Assembly (NCBI GenBank): GCA_963733675.1
Contig: CAVTET010000004.1
Coordinates: 96,001-160,000, forward strand
Reading direction: 5' to 3'
Origin: an uncultured Methanosarcinaceae archaeon
GTDB lineage: Archaea > Halobacteriota > Methanosarcinia > Methanosarcinales > Methanosarcinaceae
Length of the DNA stretch: 64,000 bases
This document shows positions 25,340-37,601 of this stretch, in pieces (position 1 is the stretch's first letter; each line of letters opens with the position of its first letter). The notes beneath the pieces were generated by a model. The model did no database searches. It saw only the letters and a program-made list of their open reading frames with translations, and had not been told where the DNA came from. The position numbers and the translations under genes are program-made.

Positions 25340-25888
25340 ATGAGTGAGTATATCGTTTTAGGCGTCCTGTTGTTACTTGTGCTAGTCTTTGTGTATTATT
25401 TCAACAGACTTAATGTGCTTTCCAACACAATAGATAATTCCTGGGCTCAGATTGATGTTCAGCTGAAAAAAAGGGCTGACCTTGTGCCAAACCTTGTTGA
25501 GACTGTGAAGGGTTATGCAGCGCATGAAAAATCAATTTTTGAGGATGTGTCTGATGCAAGAGCAAGGATGATAGGAGCAAAGACAATTGAAGAAAAGGAT
25601 CAAGCTGGAAATATGCTTGCTGGGACTCTTAAGTCGCTTTTTGCAATAGCTGAGAATTATCCAGAACTTAAGGCAAATCAGAATTTCCTTATGCTTCAGG
25701 AAGAACTTACTGGAATTGAGAATAAAGTTGCTTATTCAAGGCAACACTATAATGACAGTGTGCTTGTATTCAACAATCTTGTGACTACTTTACCGGGCTC
25801 AATTTTCGCCGGAATACTTGGTAAGAAGATAAGGACTTATCTTGAGATTGCGACCGCTGAAAGAGAGCCTGTCAAGGTTCAGTTTTAA
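25340..25888 (+). CDS. lemA: LemA family protein
   Basis: WAQIDVQLKKRADLVPNLVETVKGYAAHE and AENYPELKANQNF. Likely start MSEYIV at 25340. Confidence 0.95.
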   Translation: MSEYIVLGVLLLLVLVFVYYFNRLNVLSNTIDNSWAQIDVQLKKRADLVPNLVETVKGYAAHEKSIFEDVSDARARMIGAKTIEEKDQAGNMLAGTLKSLFAIAENYPELKANQNFLMLQEELTGIENKVAYSRQHYNDSVLVFNNLVTTLPGSIFAGILGKKIRTYLEIATAEREPVKVQF

Positions 25889-25927
25889 GATAACGTGTTT
25901 TTTCTATTTATTTTAAGGTGATATCTT

Positions 25928-26818
25928 TTGAGAACTATGGAAGAGCAAATAGCAGCGAATAAAAGAGATTCGATCATCCTTGTAGGGATTGTAAGCGCTG
26001 CCCTTGTTATTTTATTTTATCTGTTTGCGCAGGTTTATGACCCTTCGCTTGTTTTTCTCTTTATCATCATCGCTGTGATTCTTTCTACGCTTGGTACAAT
26101 TGCTTCTTACTGGTATTCAGATAAGATTGTACTTTCGATTACAAAGACTCGTGAGCCCACGCCACTTGAAAATGCGCATCTCTCGAATGTGGTTGAGGGA
26201 CTCGCTATTGCAGCAGGAATCCCTGCACCACGTTTTGTGATTATTAATGACGAAGTTAACCTAAATGCTTTTGCTACTGGGAGGGATCCTGAGCATGCTG
26301 TTCTTGCTGTAACATCTGCACTTCTTAAGACCATGAACAGAGAGGAGCTTGAGGGCGTAGTTGCACATGAGATGTCGCATATCAAGAATTATGATATCAG
26401 ATTCGCTTCTATGGTTGCAGTACTTGTAGGTATTGTTGTGATTGCTTCACAGATTTTCCTTAGAAGCATGTGGTTCTCTGGCGGAGGCAACAGAGACAGA
26501 AGAGATGGAAATGTCATATATTTAGTGATTGGTATTATACTTGCTATACTTGCGCCGATTTTCACACAATTGATTCAGCTTGCAGTTTCACGACAGAGAG
26601 AGTATCTTGCTGATTCAAGTGGAGCGTACCTTACGCGTAATCCTATGGGACTTGCTTCTGCACTTGAGAAGATTAAGGATAATAATGTCAATACAAAGGT
26701 GAATGGGGCTGTTTCGCATCTTTATTTTACTAACCCATTACTTTTTAAGAATGCAAATTCTCTATTTGCCACACATCCACCCATTGATGAGAGAATTAAG
26801 AGACTAAAAGAGATGTAA
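25928..26818 (+). CDS. htpX: HtpX / M48 zinc metalloprotease
   Basis: NAFATG, HEMSH, SRQREYLAD, FATHPP. Follows lemA. Confidence 0.95.
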   Translation: MRTMEEQIAANKRDSIILVGIVSAALVILFYLFAQVYDPSLVFLFIIIAVILSTLGTIASYWYSDKIVLSITKTREPTPLENAHLSNVVEGLAIAAGIPAPRFVIINDEVNLNAFATGRDPEHAVLAVTSALLKTMNREELEGVVAHEMSHIKNYDIRFASMVAVLVGIVVIASQIFLRSMWFSGGGNRDRRDGNVIYLVIGIILAILAPIFTQLIQLAVSRQREYLADSSGAYLTRNPMGLASALEKIKDNNVNTKVNGAVSHLYFTNPLLFKNANSLFATHPPIDERIKRLKEM

Positions 26819-27608
26819 GCTTTATGAGTTTTGAATTTAGTACGAGTATTTGGGAAATAAACTCAAAAAGAACAATGTGTTTCATATATATATATTTCTG
26901 CAAAAACGCTGTCAATAAAGTATTGCGAAAAAACAAGTTATCTGCTGAAAGTAGACTATATGATGTTGTAGATCCAAGTACTTAAGTACTAACGATTAAA
27001 GACACTTCCATGCTAATGTCGTTTGTGAGATAGAGAAGAAATTAGAAGTCACCTAATTTAAGAATCACAACACCAACTTTGCCAAATACTGTATAATTAT
27101 CAGCATAATCACTAAGGATAGTCCTTTAAAGATTTATCTAAATTCTCTAAATTAATCCACTTTTCAGTTTAATATGAACTAAAATAAATATCTATACTGT
27201 TTACAGCTTTTGTTTATTTTTACTTGAAAATATAATAGTATGTATCGAGTAAAATAATATATATGTATTATTTTGTGACTTTGCAAGACTGCAAGTAACA
27301 TCTACCTATTCAATATATCTCTGAGTTCTGAATTTCTGTTTGACCGCATGTACTGATTACAGTCTGGTTACGGTTTCTGATAACAAAACTATAGGATTGA
27401 TTTCATTATTATCTCCGGGTGAGGAAATATATCTAACTATTTACTCAGGCACGTGAATTCAGATGTCGGTATCCAATCTTATGCTTTAAATATAACCAAA
27501 GGATAGGACACTGATCGGCCCAAAGTAAGTTTCTCATTCGATGGACATGGGGAAAAGTATGCTAGCCCCCACAAACTCAAATATATTATAGGTGTATATA
27601 CTTCCCGG

Positions 27609-27695
27609 TTAACAAGTTCATATCCACTAGTTCGTGTAATGGTTCCATATCCAGTCACATGTTGAGTAGTAATGGTCAGGTAGTAGTAGTGAATA
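27609..27695 (-). pseudogene. C-terminal remnant of a Trp/Cys-hairpin secreted peptide
   Basis: DHYYSTCDWIWNHYTN*WI*TC*, colinear with YYPDCDRVRDPYYQQWVWNC* at 50510. Confidence 0.6.
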
Positions 27696-27851
27696 CTTGC
27701 ATCTATTGATTAATAAATTCGGAGAAATCTATTTTCAAACCCGAAGGCACTTTCATTATGCAAGCTATTTGCTGTAACTTTGCCGCTTCAGCTAGCTATG
27801 GTCATATATGTATCAGTTTAGCTATTCATCTCCAAGAAACTTCATAATCAT

Positions 27852-28197
27852 CTATATATCAGCCTGATCAACACCAATTTCTCTATTAATGACCATTCCT
27901 TTCGCAGCTTTTATCTCTCCAGTTTCTTTATTAACAGCCACTCCTTTCGCAGTTTTTATTCCTCCATTTGCATTACCTATGGCCATTCCTTTCGTAGCTA
28001 TCATTTGTCCATTTTCAGTATCTACTACTTCTCCTTTCGCAGCTATCGTCTATCCATTTTCAGTATCCATTGCCACTCCTTTTGCAGCTTTTACCACAAC
28101 AGGTTCTGGCTTACTGCTACAGCTGTTACTGATACTACAAAAAGCTACCAGCAAACTAGCCGTACTTTTTTATTCTACTGGATGATTGTTTCAACAT
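27852..28197 (-). pseudogene. secreted 15-aa tandem-repeat protein, disrupted
   Basis: Signal MLKQSSSRIKK..LLVAF.VVSVTAVAVS, then five 45-bp repeats (AAKGVAMDTENG*TI, AAKGEVVDTENGQMI, ATKGMAIGNANGGIK, TAKGVAVNKETGEIK, AAKGMVINREIG). Confidence 0.7.
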
Positions 28198-28773
28198 TCG
28201 TGTCACTCCATTTTATTAATTTAGATACAATTTTAATCGGTTAGGACTTATGCAGTTAAATTGAAAAAATATACTATTGACAAAATTGTGATTGGCCTTC
28301 CAAATAGTGTTTATCTTTCACTCATTTATCGACATTAAGTCATTAGTATGTGATTTTTAATATAACTATATAAATTCAGAATTAATATTAATGATTGGAT
28401 ATATACATATATATTAATTAGTATATATTATTAGATATTTAAATTTTTAGAGTGTTACTTCTATTTTACACATCCTAAGTTTTACAGAAATTATACAATA
28501 TGGAAAGAAAATATCATATTTAAGAAGCAGAGTGGTTTTGGTATCACCTAACTAGAAACCAGTATTAAGACTAGTAGTCTCAATACTCATTGATATAAAT
28601 GAAGACTGAATAAAAGGAAACAAGTAGGTTAATTAATTCCAAATGTTCCATGATACCCATTTTGCTCTATGAGTCCCATAAGCTCCAGAAGTCGTAGATC
28701 AGTAACCTTTTCTTATTTCGAATGGAACTTAGGAAATTCAGAGATTTAAATACAAAGAACTATCTAACCTATA

Positions 28774-31700
28774 TTAGATGATGCTTTTTTCTTTTTCTGT
28801 TAGTATGAACCTAATAGTAAATTCCGTCCCATTACCCCTTTTCAGCTTAAGTTCTCCATCTAATTGATCTACTAGGATGGTTACCAACTGCATACCAAGA
28901 CTGTTGGGATTTTCTAAATCGATACTTTTAGGTATACCTATCCCATCATCTGAAACTTTCAACATGAAACTATTACTCTTAAAGCCTTTATATTTGCTTT
29001 CTTCTCTGCTATTTATGAATTCTCCGTCTTCTCCCCTACATAGTTTGATATAAATTTTCCCTTCCCCCCTCCCTGAAAATGCATGTTTAAGAGAGTTTGA
29101 AACCAGTTCATTGACAATTATTCCAAAAGGAACAGCATCATCAATATTTAAGAGTGCATTTTCTTCCAGATCCATGTGCAGATGAATGTTTTTGTCATTT
29201 AGTCTGTAAGTCTGGAAAAGTTTTTCAACCAATTCTCGAATGTATGTCGAAAAATCCAGCGTCTCTAATTTTTTGCCTTTATATAGTTCCTCGTGGATCA
29301 GAGCCATAGATATAACTCTATCTCTGCTTTCTCTGAAAGCTTCCAAAACTTCCGAATCTTTAATATACTCTCGATTTTTAAACTTCTCAGCCTGAAGATC
29401 TAGTAGGGAAGAAATCACTTGCAAATTATTTTTGATTCTGTGATGGAGTTCTTGCTTTCTAGTTATTTCAGCTTTTAATACAGATTTTTCGGCATCAATT
29501 TTCTGAGTAATATCTCTAGAAATAGCTGAGATAGCCACAAGCTCTCTAGATGCATCAAAAACCGGAGAAAGAACTATTGAAACATATATTAACTTATTAC
29601 CTTTTCTTAACCTTGAAGTTATGTAGTGCTGGATTTTTTCTCCCAGCTTAACCTTTTCAACTAACTTTTTTGTTTCACCTTTGAGATCAGCTGGTGCGAG
29701 TATCGCTACGCCTTTTCCTAAAATTTCTTCAGATGAATAACCATAAATCCGCTCTGCACCCTTATTCCAGCTAGTAATAATACCATCAAGGGATAAAGTA
29801 ATGATGGCATCATTTGACGATTCCACAATATTCGCTAATCTCTGAATTTTCTCTTCAGCTTTTTTACGTTCAGTAATATCCTGAACTATTCCCTTTATTC
29901 CAATGGGGATCTTTTTTTCATCAAAAATAGATTCGGCTTGTATATGGACTGTGCGTTCTTCCCCATTATCTAAGATAATCCTATGATCAATGCTATAAGG
30001 TTCCCCATTTATAGCTTCCTTAAAGGCATTATCCACATAGTCTCGATCTTTGGGATGCACATAACTTAAATATTCAATGTAAGATGGATCTAATTCTCGC
30101 GAACCACGTCTAAAAATACGACGCAATTCATCAGACCAATGTGCTTTATCAGTTACAATATCCCACTCCCAACTCCCAATATGAGACATTTTTTGGGCTT
30201 CAGCACGCCTACTTTCACTTTCCTTTAACTAGTTATAAGCTTTCTCGAGCTGGTTTGTTTGCATTTCAACTAGTTTTTCTAAATTATCACGTGCTGTTTT
30301 TAAAATTTCCTCTGTTTCTTTGCGCTCGGTGATGTCTATGAATGCAGCAACAGAACCGCGCGGGTTACCCTGCTCGTCCACGCAAGGATCTAGCATTACC
30401 CAACAAATGTCGCAGCTCACCATGAGGATAGACCATGTCGAACTCGTAGTCATGTACCTCTGTGCCTGTAGCCGCCATCCTCAAGGGCATCTGCACAGAC
30501 TGGTTATCCGCTATATTCTTGGAAAAGCTAACCTCCTCAGTCCCTCCCCCTTCCGGTGCAGATTTAAATTCGTGGACATCATTCGAAATATGAAACAATT
30601 CATAGGAAAGCTTGTTCCCAGTTATATAAAGCGCCTTGGGATCGTGCGCTATCAATACTGCGGCGGGCACTGCATCCAATACTGCTGTTAATTCCCCCAA
30701 GCGAGCGCATTCCCTTTTTTCGCTCTCTTTCAGCGCACTCACCAAGAGATCTCGTTCCACAAGCAACTGAGCCAGCTTGAAATTGCTATAGCTTAGTTGT
30801 GAGAGTGTATTGGCAAATGCCATGAGGAAGGACATACCCGTTTCCACAATTTTTCTACTCAACCGGAGAACTTTATTAAGCGCTGCCATGTATTCTACTT
30901 CATTGAAGCCGTATTTTCTAGCTTGGGATCTAAAAAATTCATAGTCCAGAGGCTCATCATCAAAAAAAAACTGTCCTGAGAAGATATAGCCGACATGCTG
31001 GTCATCCGACATGATAGGAGTTACTATATCCCACATATCGTTCTTACACTTGTACATCTTAAGTTCTCTAGGGGTAGCGACCGAGACTAGTTTTGTATCA
31101 CTTTCTACGCAGTACTTGAAAGCTTGTGGATGAACCCTATGGAATTTAGTGCAGATATCCCTGCCATCCAGCGCTTACCAGAACATTGCCTTTGAGGTCG
31201 TTTATGCCTATAGGCATGTTAGCAAGCTTATAGAAATCATTCATGAGAGACTGAATAACCTGGATATCAATTATATCAGCAAGCACCAGATTTTCTATCT
31301 TCCTAGCAGGTGAGAGAATATTTCCCAATTTCATCTTGATTTGTTTCTCATTCCGGCGAAGCTCCATTTCAACTCTTCTGCGCTCGTTGATATTACGGGC
31401 GACATGAATACAACCTGTGAGTTTTCCCTCAGAATCATAAAGTGGAGAGGCACTTACTATAAAATAACCACCGAGAAAATCCTCACAAATCTCCACAGTG
31501 TGTTCAAGGCAATCATTAAGCAACTGCCTGTGCGGACAAAAAAAGGGAGGCTCATCCGTTCCATGTACAATCCTATAGCAAGTCAATCCAATGCACTGTT
31601 CTGGTGTCATCCCCAAACTTGCTGCCATGGCATTGTTTGCACGAACAATTCGAAATTCAGTATCTAATATGGCTATCAGATCTGGCACAGCATCAAAGGT

Positions 31701-32342
31701 ATATTTCCAATCCTTTGTGGCGTGAATAACTGCTTCCTCAGCTTTTTGTCTCCCGAAATTAATTATCTTCTCCCATTTTCCTTCCTTTTTGCTCAAAGAA
31801 AATTGATGGTTGGAGACCACTTCAACAATATCGATTGTGCTATACTTGTCGACAAGGTATGAGCCCAAAGCTATCATTCTGTATTTACCGATAATATCAT
31901 CCAATTTTCCAATATAATCAACAAAATAACCCCAATCCCTTTTTTCCACCCAAGAAACATTCCCACTTAACCTCAGCCCGCTGTAGCCATTTTCAAGAGC
32001 ATTATTGAGTTTTTCGATCCAGTAATTTATGATCCTTTCCGAATCGTAAATGTGCCTAGCTACGTGCAAGCAAGTGTAAGAGATAATTTCTATTTGCCCT
32101 TTAGCCAAATAAGAATCAAAATCAGATACAGCTCCTCTTAAAATTTCTTTTGCTTCCTCAGCTTCAAGAGGTTGTGCAGTGATCCAGAGGCATAACTCAT
32201 TGTTTTCCAATCCTGTTTTGAAATAAGGAACCAGAATCTCCGTCAAATCTTCTTTTGAATCATAAAATTGGCAGATATGCGTTCCCCAAGGCACATCTCC
32301 AATAGTATCAATACCAGATCTTCTCAGGCTTTTGTTCATCAA
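28774..32342 (-). pseudogene. MEDS-PAS-PocR-PAS-PAS-PAS-HisKA_2-HATPase sensor histidine kinase, split by two +1 frameshifts and one in-frame TAG
   Basis: PWGTHICQFY (MEDS), GWQ(D)ICTKFH...YKCKN (PocR), ELHHRIKNNLQ, DDGIG. Lesions at ~31160, ~30378 and TAG 30229-30231. Confidence 0.9.
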
Positions 32343-33255
32343 CTCGTATCCAAGTTTGAGGGATAGAACACAAAAACTTAGTTCATTTGGTGTGTTTGAG
32401 TCAGATTTGTTAGAAATTCTTTTGTCACATTGGGAATGCTATCCTACTATTGTTATATACCACAATAAGTAGATATAATAAATAACTAATATTAAATTTA
32501 AAATTTATAAATAATATCCATTTGTAATTAATGAAGTAATCTGTTAATGTTAAAGTGATTATAATCTCAATTCATCTCGATTCCTATTTGTAGGCTAAAT
32601 TCTCTTCTCCCAATGTTGCCATTATGGAAGGAATTATTCTATCATCAAAGTATAATATTTAAAAATTTATTTATACTATTTATCGTAAAATTTGGAATTT
32701 AATAAGCAGGGAATCTTTTGCAACTAAATATATGCCTAAAATCACAAAATTATCATGACGTTTTGATGAATAGTAAGGCGACAATCTAATCAAATATACC
32801 CGTAGTTACAAAAATTAACTTGTTCCCATCTGTACAAAAAAAGAATAATTAGTATTTCATCATGTGTTATAAAAATGTTGACATATATTGATTTATTAGT
32901 TGTGTAAAAAAATCGACTAATAGATTAAAAATGATCTTTCTATCCTTTTTGTTTTATTAAAGTCGTTCGCTTACCCAATCATTAACAAGATATAGGATAT
33001 TGGCCATATAACCGATGGCATCCCAGTAAAAGCAAAAAAAGTATTAAAATGAGACTATTTAGTATTAAAATTGCAAACATTATGCAAGTGAAGTAAAAAA
33101 TCAAGCCAAATAGATATTGTGGTCAAATTCACAATTTAGGCAGTTGAAGATTTAAAGCTATAGATCTTCAGTTTAACTGCATAAGTCCTATAGTTAACTC
33201 AAAAATAGCTTCTATCAGGCTTCGAGTACATCCAAATTATGACTTGTCAGCTTTT

Positions 33256-33885
33256 TTATCTTACATCTTCTCTTAGCAGGTCGAGAACTTCCTCATCCGT
33301 GACATCATACCATTTCTCATAAGACTCCGCGACAGCCCTGAAGTATCGAGGAATTTCAAGCACTACGAGTTCATCGACTTTATTACCGATCTCTTCAGCC
33401 ACCTCTCTCCCAGCTACAGGTACTGCGACCACAATTTTTCTAGTTCCCCTCTTTTTACAGAGTTCAATGGCTGCTCTCATTGTAGAACCCATTGCAATGC
33501 CGTCATCGATAAGTATCACGGTTCTTCCTTTCATATCAGGCAAGGAATTTCCTCCTCTAAGAGTCTTTATACGCCTATCGATCTCTGCAATTTGCTGCTG
33601 TTTAATTTTCTCAATATTTACTCCTGATAGCCAGTAATATGCATTTTCAAAGATGAAAGTGCTTCCGTCCTCTGCTATTGCCCCAAAACCAGCTTCAGGG
33701 TTATCCGGAAAAGGCATTTTCCTTGCAATGATGAGGGAAAAATCTACTTTAAGATTCCTTGCAACCTGTAATCCTACTTCCACGCCCCCACGCGGAATAG
33801 CAAGAATGAGAGGGTTTTCTGCCTTGTACTTTTCAAGAGACTTGGCAAGTTTTTCTCCTGCATCTTTACGGTTTTTGAACATATT
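33256..33885 (-). CDS. phosphoribosyltransferase family protein
   Basis: MFKNRKDAG, LAIPRGG and the VILIDDGIAMGSTM PRPP loop. Confidence 0.92.
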   Translation of the reverse strand, partial: NMFKNRKDAGEKLAKSLEKYKAENPLILAIPRGGVEVGLQVARNLKVDFSLIIARKMPFPDNPEAGFGAIAEDGSTFIFENAYYWLSGVNIEKIKQQQIAEIDRRIKTLRGGNSLPDMKGRTVILIDDGIAMGSTMRAAIELCKKRGTRKIVVAVPVAGREVAEEIGNKVDELVVLEIPRYFRAVAESYEKWYDVTDEEVLDLLREDVR

Positions 33886-34449
33886 CCACCTGATATTCAA
33901 TAATTGCTCCATTTTTATAAATGCAAACGTCAATTAAGTAATCCTGAAGAGCTCCTATAAACCTCGATGAAGGCTCTAAATGAAGAGCTATTTTAGGTAA
34001 ACATACTTCCAGGATATTCATTTCAACATCTTCGGGTTTGAAAACAAATTTATCCGAATATATCGATCAATACATACCAGCATTTACCTGGCAGAGCATA
34101 CCTTATATTTCTAAAAACAACTCTTGTTTCTTAATTACATTATTTGAACCTCCTACTTGTAAACATCTTCCGTACTCAAGAGTAAAGAAGTAGAAAAGTC
34201 ACTAGTGTCTCTTTAATCATTAATTGTCGAGTAAATGATTTTTGACTAAAAAAACAAGGTTTTATACTAAATGCCATAATGTCAAACTAAGGATATTGAG
34301 GACTACAGAGGATAAACGAAAACTTAATTTTAGTCCCGTAAATTAAGGAAATATGCCAAAGCAGACTCGAAGATTTCTAAGAAAACGAGAGTACTGCTCG
34401 AAACGTACTTCATCTTTAGGATGAGACAGCAGCGTTAAATTAAGTTCTT

Positions 34450-35110
34450 TATTCCAACCAGCTCGTGACCTCATATACCGAAGAAAGAGTAGAGAAGGTG
34501 AAAGTTCTTCGGCTGAATAACCAACTGCGCATCCATTCAGTGCCCATTCACCCGGATTAATTCCTAGCATTGCACAGAATGATGAATTGTCAGCCAGTTG
34601 AGCTGTCGCAGAAACCAACTGGAATCCGAGATCAAGAGCTGTAGCCTTTAACCACATATTTTCCAAACAGTGTGCAAGTGATTGCTGTTCTACTCTAAGA
34701 AAACCCTTTTTCTCAGCTATTATGATGAAGTAGGGAGCTGTGCCAACACCTGGAACTTTCCCAATTTTCTTTATATTATCCAGCCGGTTTGTAAAACCAA
34801 TTGCTTGTTCACGGAGATGCGGGTCATTCTCCATAGCAAGTTCAAGTTTGGAAAGCATTGTTGAAACCTCTTCAAAGATAAGGGCCGCGGCAGTTGTCAT
34901 ACTTTTTGAACCCATTTTTAGGATGAAAAATCTTCGAAAATAATCCTTAGTGCTACTCGCAGCTGCAAATGGAGCATGAAGACCAGCGTCAATAATGCTC
35001 AATATATCTTTTTTTGAAGGGAATTCTTGCCAGAATCGCCTATGAGACCTTCTCTCAATTATTATTTGATCAAATATAATATTTTTTTGATTAGGTGTTT
35101 CCTTACTCAT
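34450..35110 (-). pseudogene. nitroreductase family protein with a C-terminal frameshift
   Basis: ERRSHRRF, APFA, ENMWLKATALDLGFQ. The natural end (EVTSWLE*) lies in another frame after a CTCT slip, so the protein may still be functional. Confidence 0.75.
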
Positions 35111-35833
35111 GTCTAGATCACATCCTCAGTTGCACAAAACCTAAATTTTTTTACGCACAGAGATATCATTATTATCTCAATTACAATTGAAAGGAGTTCT
35201 CTAGAGACTAAGCTCTCACAATATTTGAGACTTTTATAATTGCTCTTTGCTCTTTTGAGTGAGTCGAAAATAATTGCTTAGTCCTAAAGGTACAAAACTA
35301 AACAAGAAAAAGCAATCTTAAACTTTATTTTCGAAGCAGAGGTTTTCAAATATTACAGCTATTACATCCACAATAGAAAGTACTCTATTACCCATTTTAA
35401 ATAGTGAAGAACTATTAAGACTTAAACTGCTGAATCGATAAATCAAGTGCATTAAATTTTCATCACTTGAAACTAATGAAGTTACTCCATTTTTGGACAG
35501 GTTCTTTTTCTACATCTTTGGGAACCCTTAGATTTGTAGTTAAGATGAGTTATAGGCCCATAGTTAAGATGAGTTATAGAGCAACGAAAATGCTAATTTA
35601 TCCATTTTTTAAAATAACCTCCTGCATAAATTAATACCAATATAAAGGCTGAGATTGTATTTTGACCTCTTGCTTATACATGCCTTTGATTCCTCTGAGA
35701 GATCTTCTCTACATATATTTTTTCATTAACAAAAAATATCATAAAAACTAAATACATCGATTCAGACAAAAATAAAAGCTGATCGAATATAATATTAAAT
35801 TTTTCAAAACTTTTTCTAATAAGGAGTTCTTTA

Positions 35834-36142
35834 CTACTCAATCGGAATATTTCTTGCGCACATAAAACTTTCTTTATAGGGAACCCGAATTGTGAGCATT
35901 CCCTTATTATTCACAGCAATAGCCTTTTCGGGATCTACTGGTCCATCAAGGAAAAAAGCTCCCAGATATTCCACGGTTTTACTGAAAGCCTTCAGATAAA
36001 AACTGTTTTCATGCATTACAAGGGTTATATTTTCATTCCTTACATCGGGAAGTTCAACTTCTAGGGTCAAATTTTCGCGTTTATCATCATAATACATCGC
36101 TAGTATCGGAATTTTTAATATCCTAGGCACAGAATTATTCAT
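35834..36142 (-). CDS. Hsp20/alpha-crystallin family protein
   Basis: LTLEVELPDVRNENI...PVDPEKAIA...GMLTIRVP. GGAGG before ATG 36142. Stop is TAG followed by TAA. Confidence 0.85.
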   Translation of the reverse strand: MNNSVPRILKIPILAMYYDDKRENLTLEVELPDVRNENITLVMHENSFYLKAFSKTVEYLGAFFLDGPVDPEKAIAVNNKGMLTIRVPYKESFMCARNIPIE

Positions 36143-36189
36143 GCAATCTCCCCTCCGAAATCTTGAAGTGCAGTTCATAACTTTATTCG

Positions 36190-36470
36190 CTTTTTACACC
36201 ATCACTTTTTTAATTTGATGTCAATAAAGTACTGCAACTTTAAAACACCATTTGAGTCATTAGCAGCTGCTATTTCCTGGCTTACCAGACAGCAGAACGA
36301 ATAGATTTCTCATTTTCAACTTCTTGTTTAGCAGTTTTTACATAAATGCCATTTTCAATAATCTATTTGTTTGATGTTATTTCCAACATGTACTTAGTGA
36401 CTTGTATCAGTTTTTTTTGTTTCCACCCCAGTGAAATTGGAGTATAACTATTTCAATAAATGGAAACATA
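36190..36470 (-). pseudogene. possible degraded tandem Hsp20 paralogue
   Basis: Fragments IENGIYVKTAKQEVE and AANDSNGVLKLQ resemble the adjacent Hsp20. Confidence 0.4.
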
Positions 36471-37601
36471 ATTATTTGTTGCACTATAAATATACATAAT
36501 CACGAAAAAATCAACTATATAATAATAAGGTTTCTATTATAAATAAGAATGATTTCACAAAAAAATTAATTGCATTATACTTTTCTTAAAACTTATACAG
36601 TTGCAAGTTCTATAAATATCATGGATTTTTTTCCGGGCTTTTTAGGAAGTTTAATTATATTACTGTATTCATCAGGGCATATTCATAAAAAATAGATAAA
36701 TGTTTTACCGAATTCACATAAGTGAATATAATTACTGACTTTTAAAAATGAATATTTTTACAGAATTTTAAAAAGCAATTACGTAAAAAGTTAAAAATAT
36801 CTAAGTAATTTTTATTTCAAACCTATATTTTTGATAACTCAAATATTCCATATGTTATAGAAATATACATGTATCCCCCTATTTATCGCCTAATATATGT
36901 AAAAAATTGCAATAAACATATCGTAAAATTAAATAAATATTCTTGTTATCGATTTTTAATCTGAATTAATTCGAGATAATTCTTCTATAACCCTAATTTG
37001 CCAGTTTATTTTTATGTTGGAAAAATATTTTCATATCTGATAAAAATGAAGAATTAATCATTATGGTCAATAAATTTTTTACCCATTTTTAGAATTCTAT
37101 TTGACAGACTATTCTATCTCTCTGGATGATTATTTTCTTAATTTTTGATCAAATTTTTGGTATTGAATTCAACAGATGAATAGCTAACAGATTAAATCTA
37201 AATACTGTATAATAAAATATATATCAAAAATGTTAAAATGGGAACAAATATCTACACTTTCATTTTTGTGTGTTTATGGAGCTGAAAAAACAGCAAATTA
37301 GAAGAATTTTGATGAAATGTTAGTATTCTGTCAAATGGTTTTTGACGAAAAAAGACGATTTCACACTAAATAGAATTTATACTGTCAAAATAAGGCTATT
37401 AAAACCAATTTTTCTAGCAAAATCTCGGTTTTCTAGTGTAATTATATGTACAACAAAAATATATCGTCTTTTGAATGCTAAAAAATTATCTTCCTATTTT
37501 CAGAGTTTCCGGAGACGATCTGAGTACATTGGAGACATCTAGGAAATAGCATGGTGACAAAAAAGGAGACATCTTATAATTTATCTCCTTTTTTATCTGG
37601 C

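Noticed and set aside
27889-28244. Plus-strand Phe/Pro-repeat ORFs
   Set aside because: Antisense to the signal-peptide-bearing 15-aa repeat gene.
35537-35579. 19-bp direct repeat TAGTTAAGATGAGTTATAG x2
   Set aside because: Two copies only; most simply a local slippage duplication. The same applies to the 15-bp repeat near 16018-16048.
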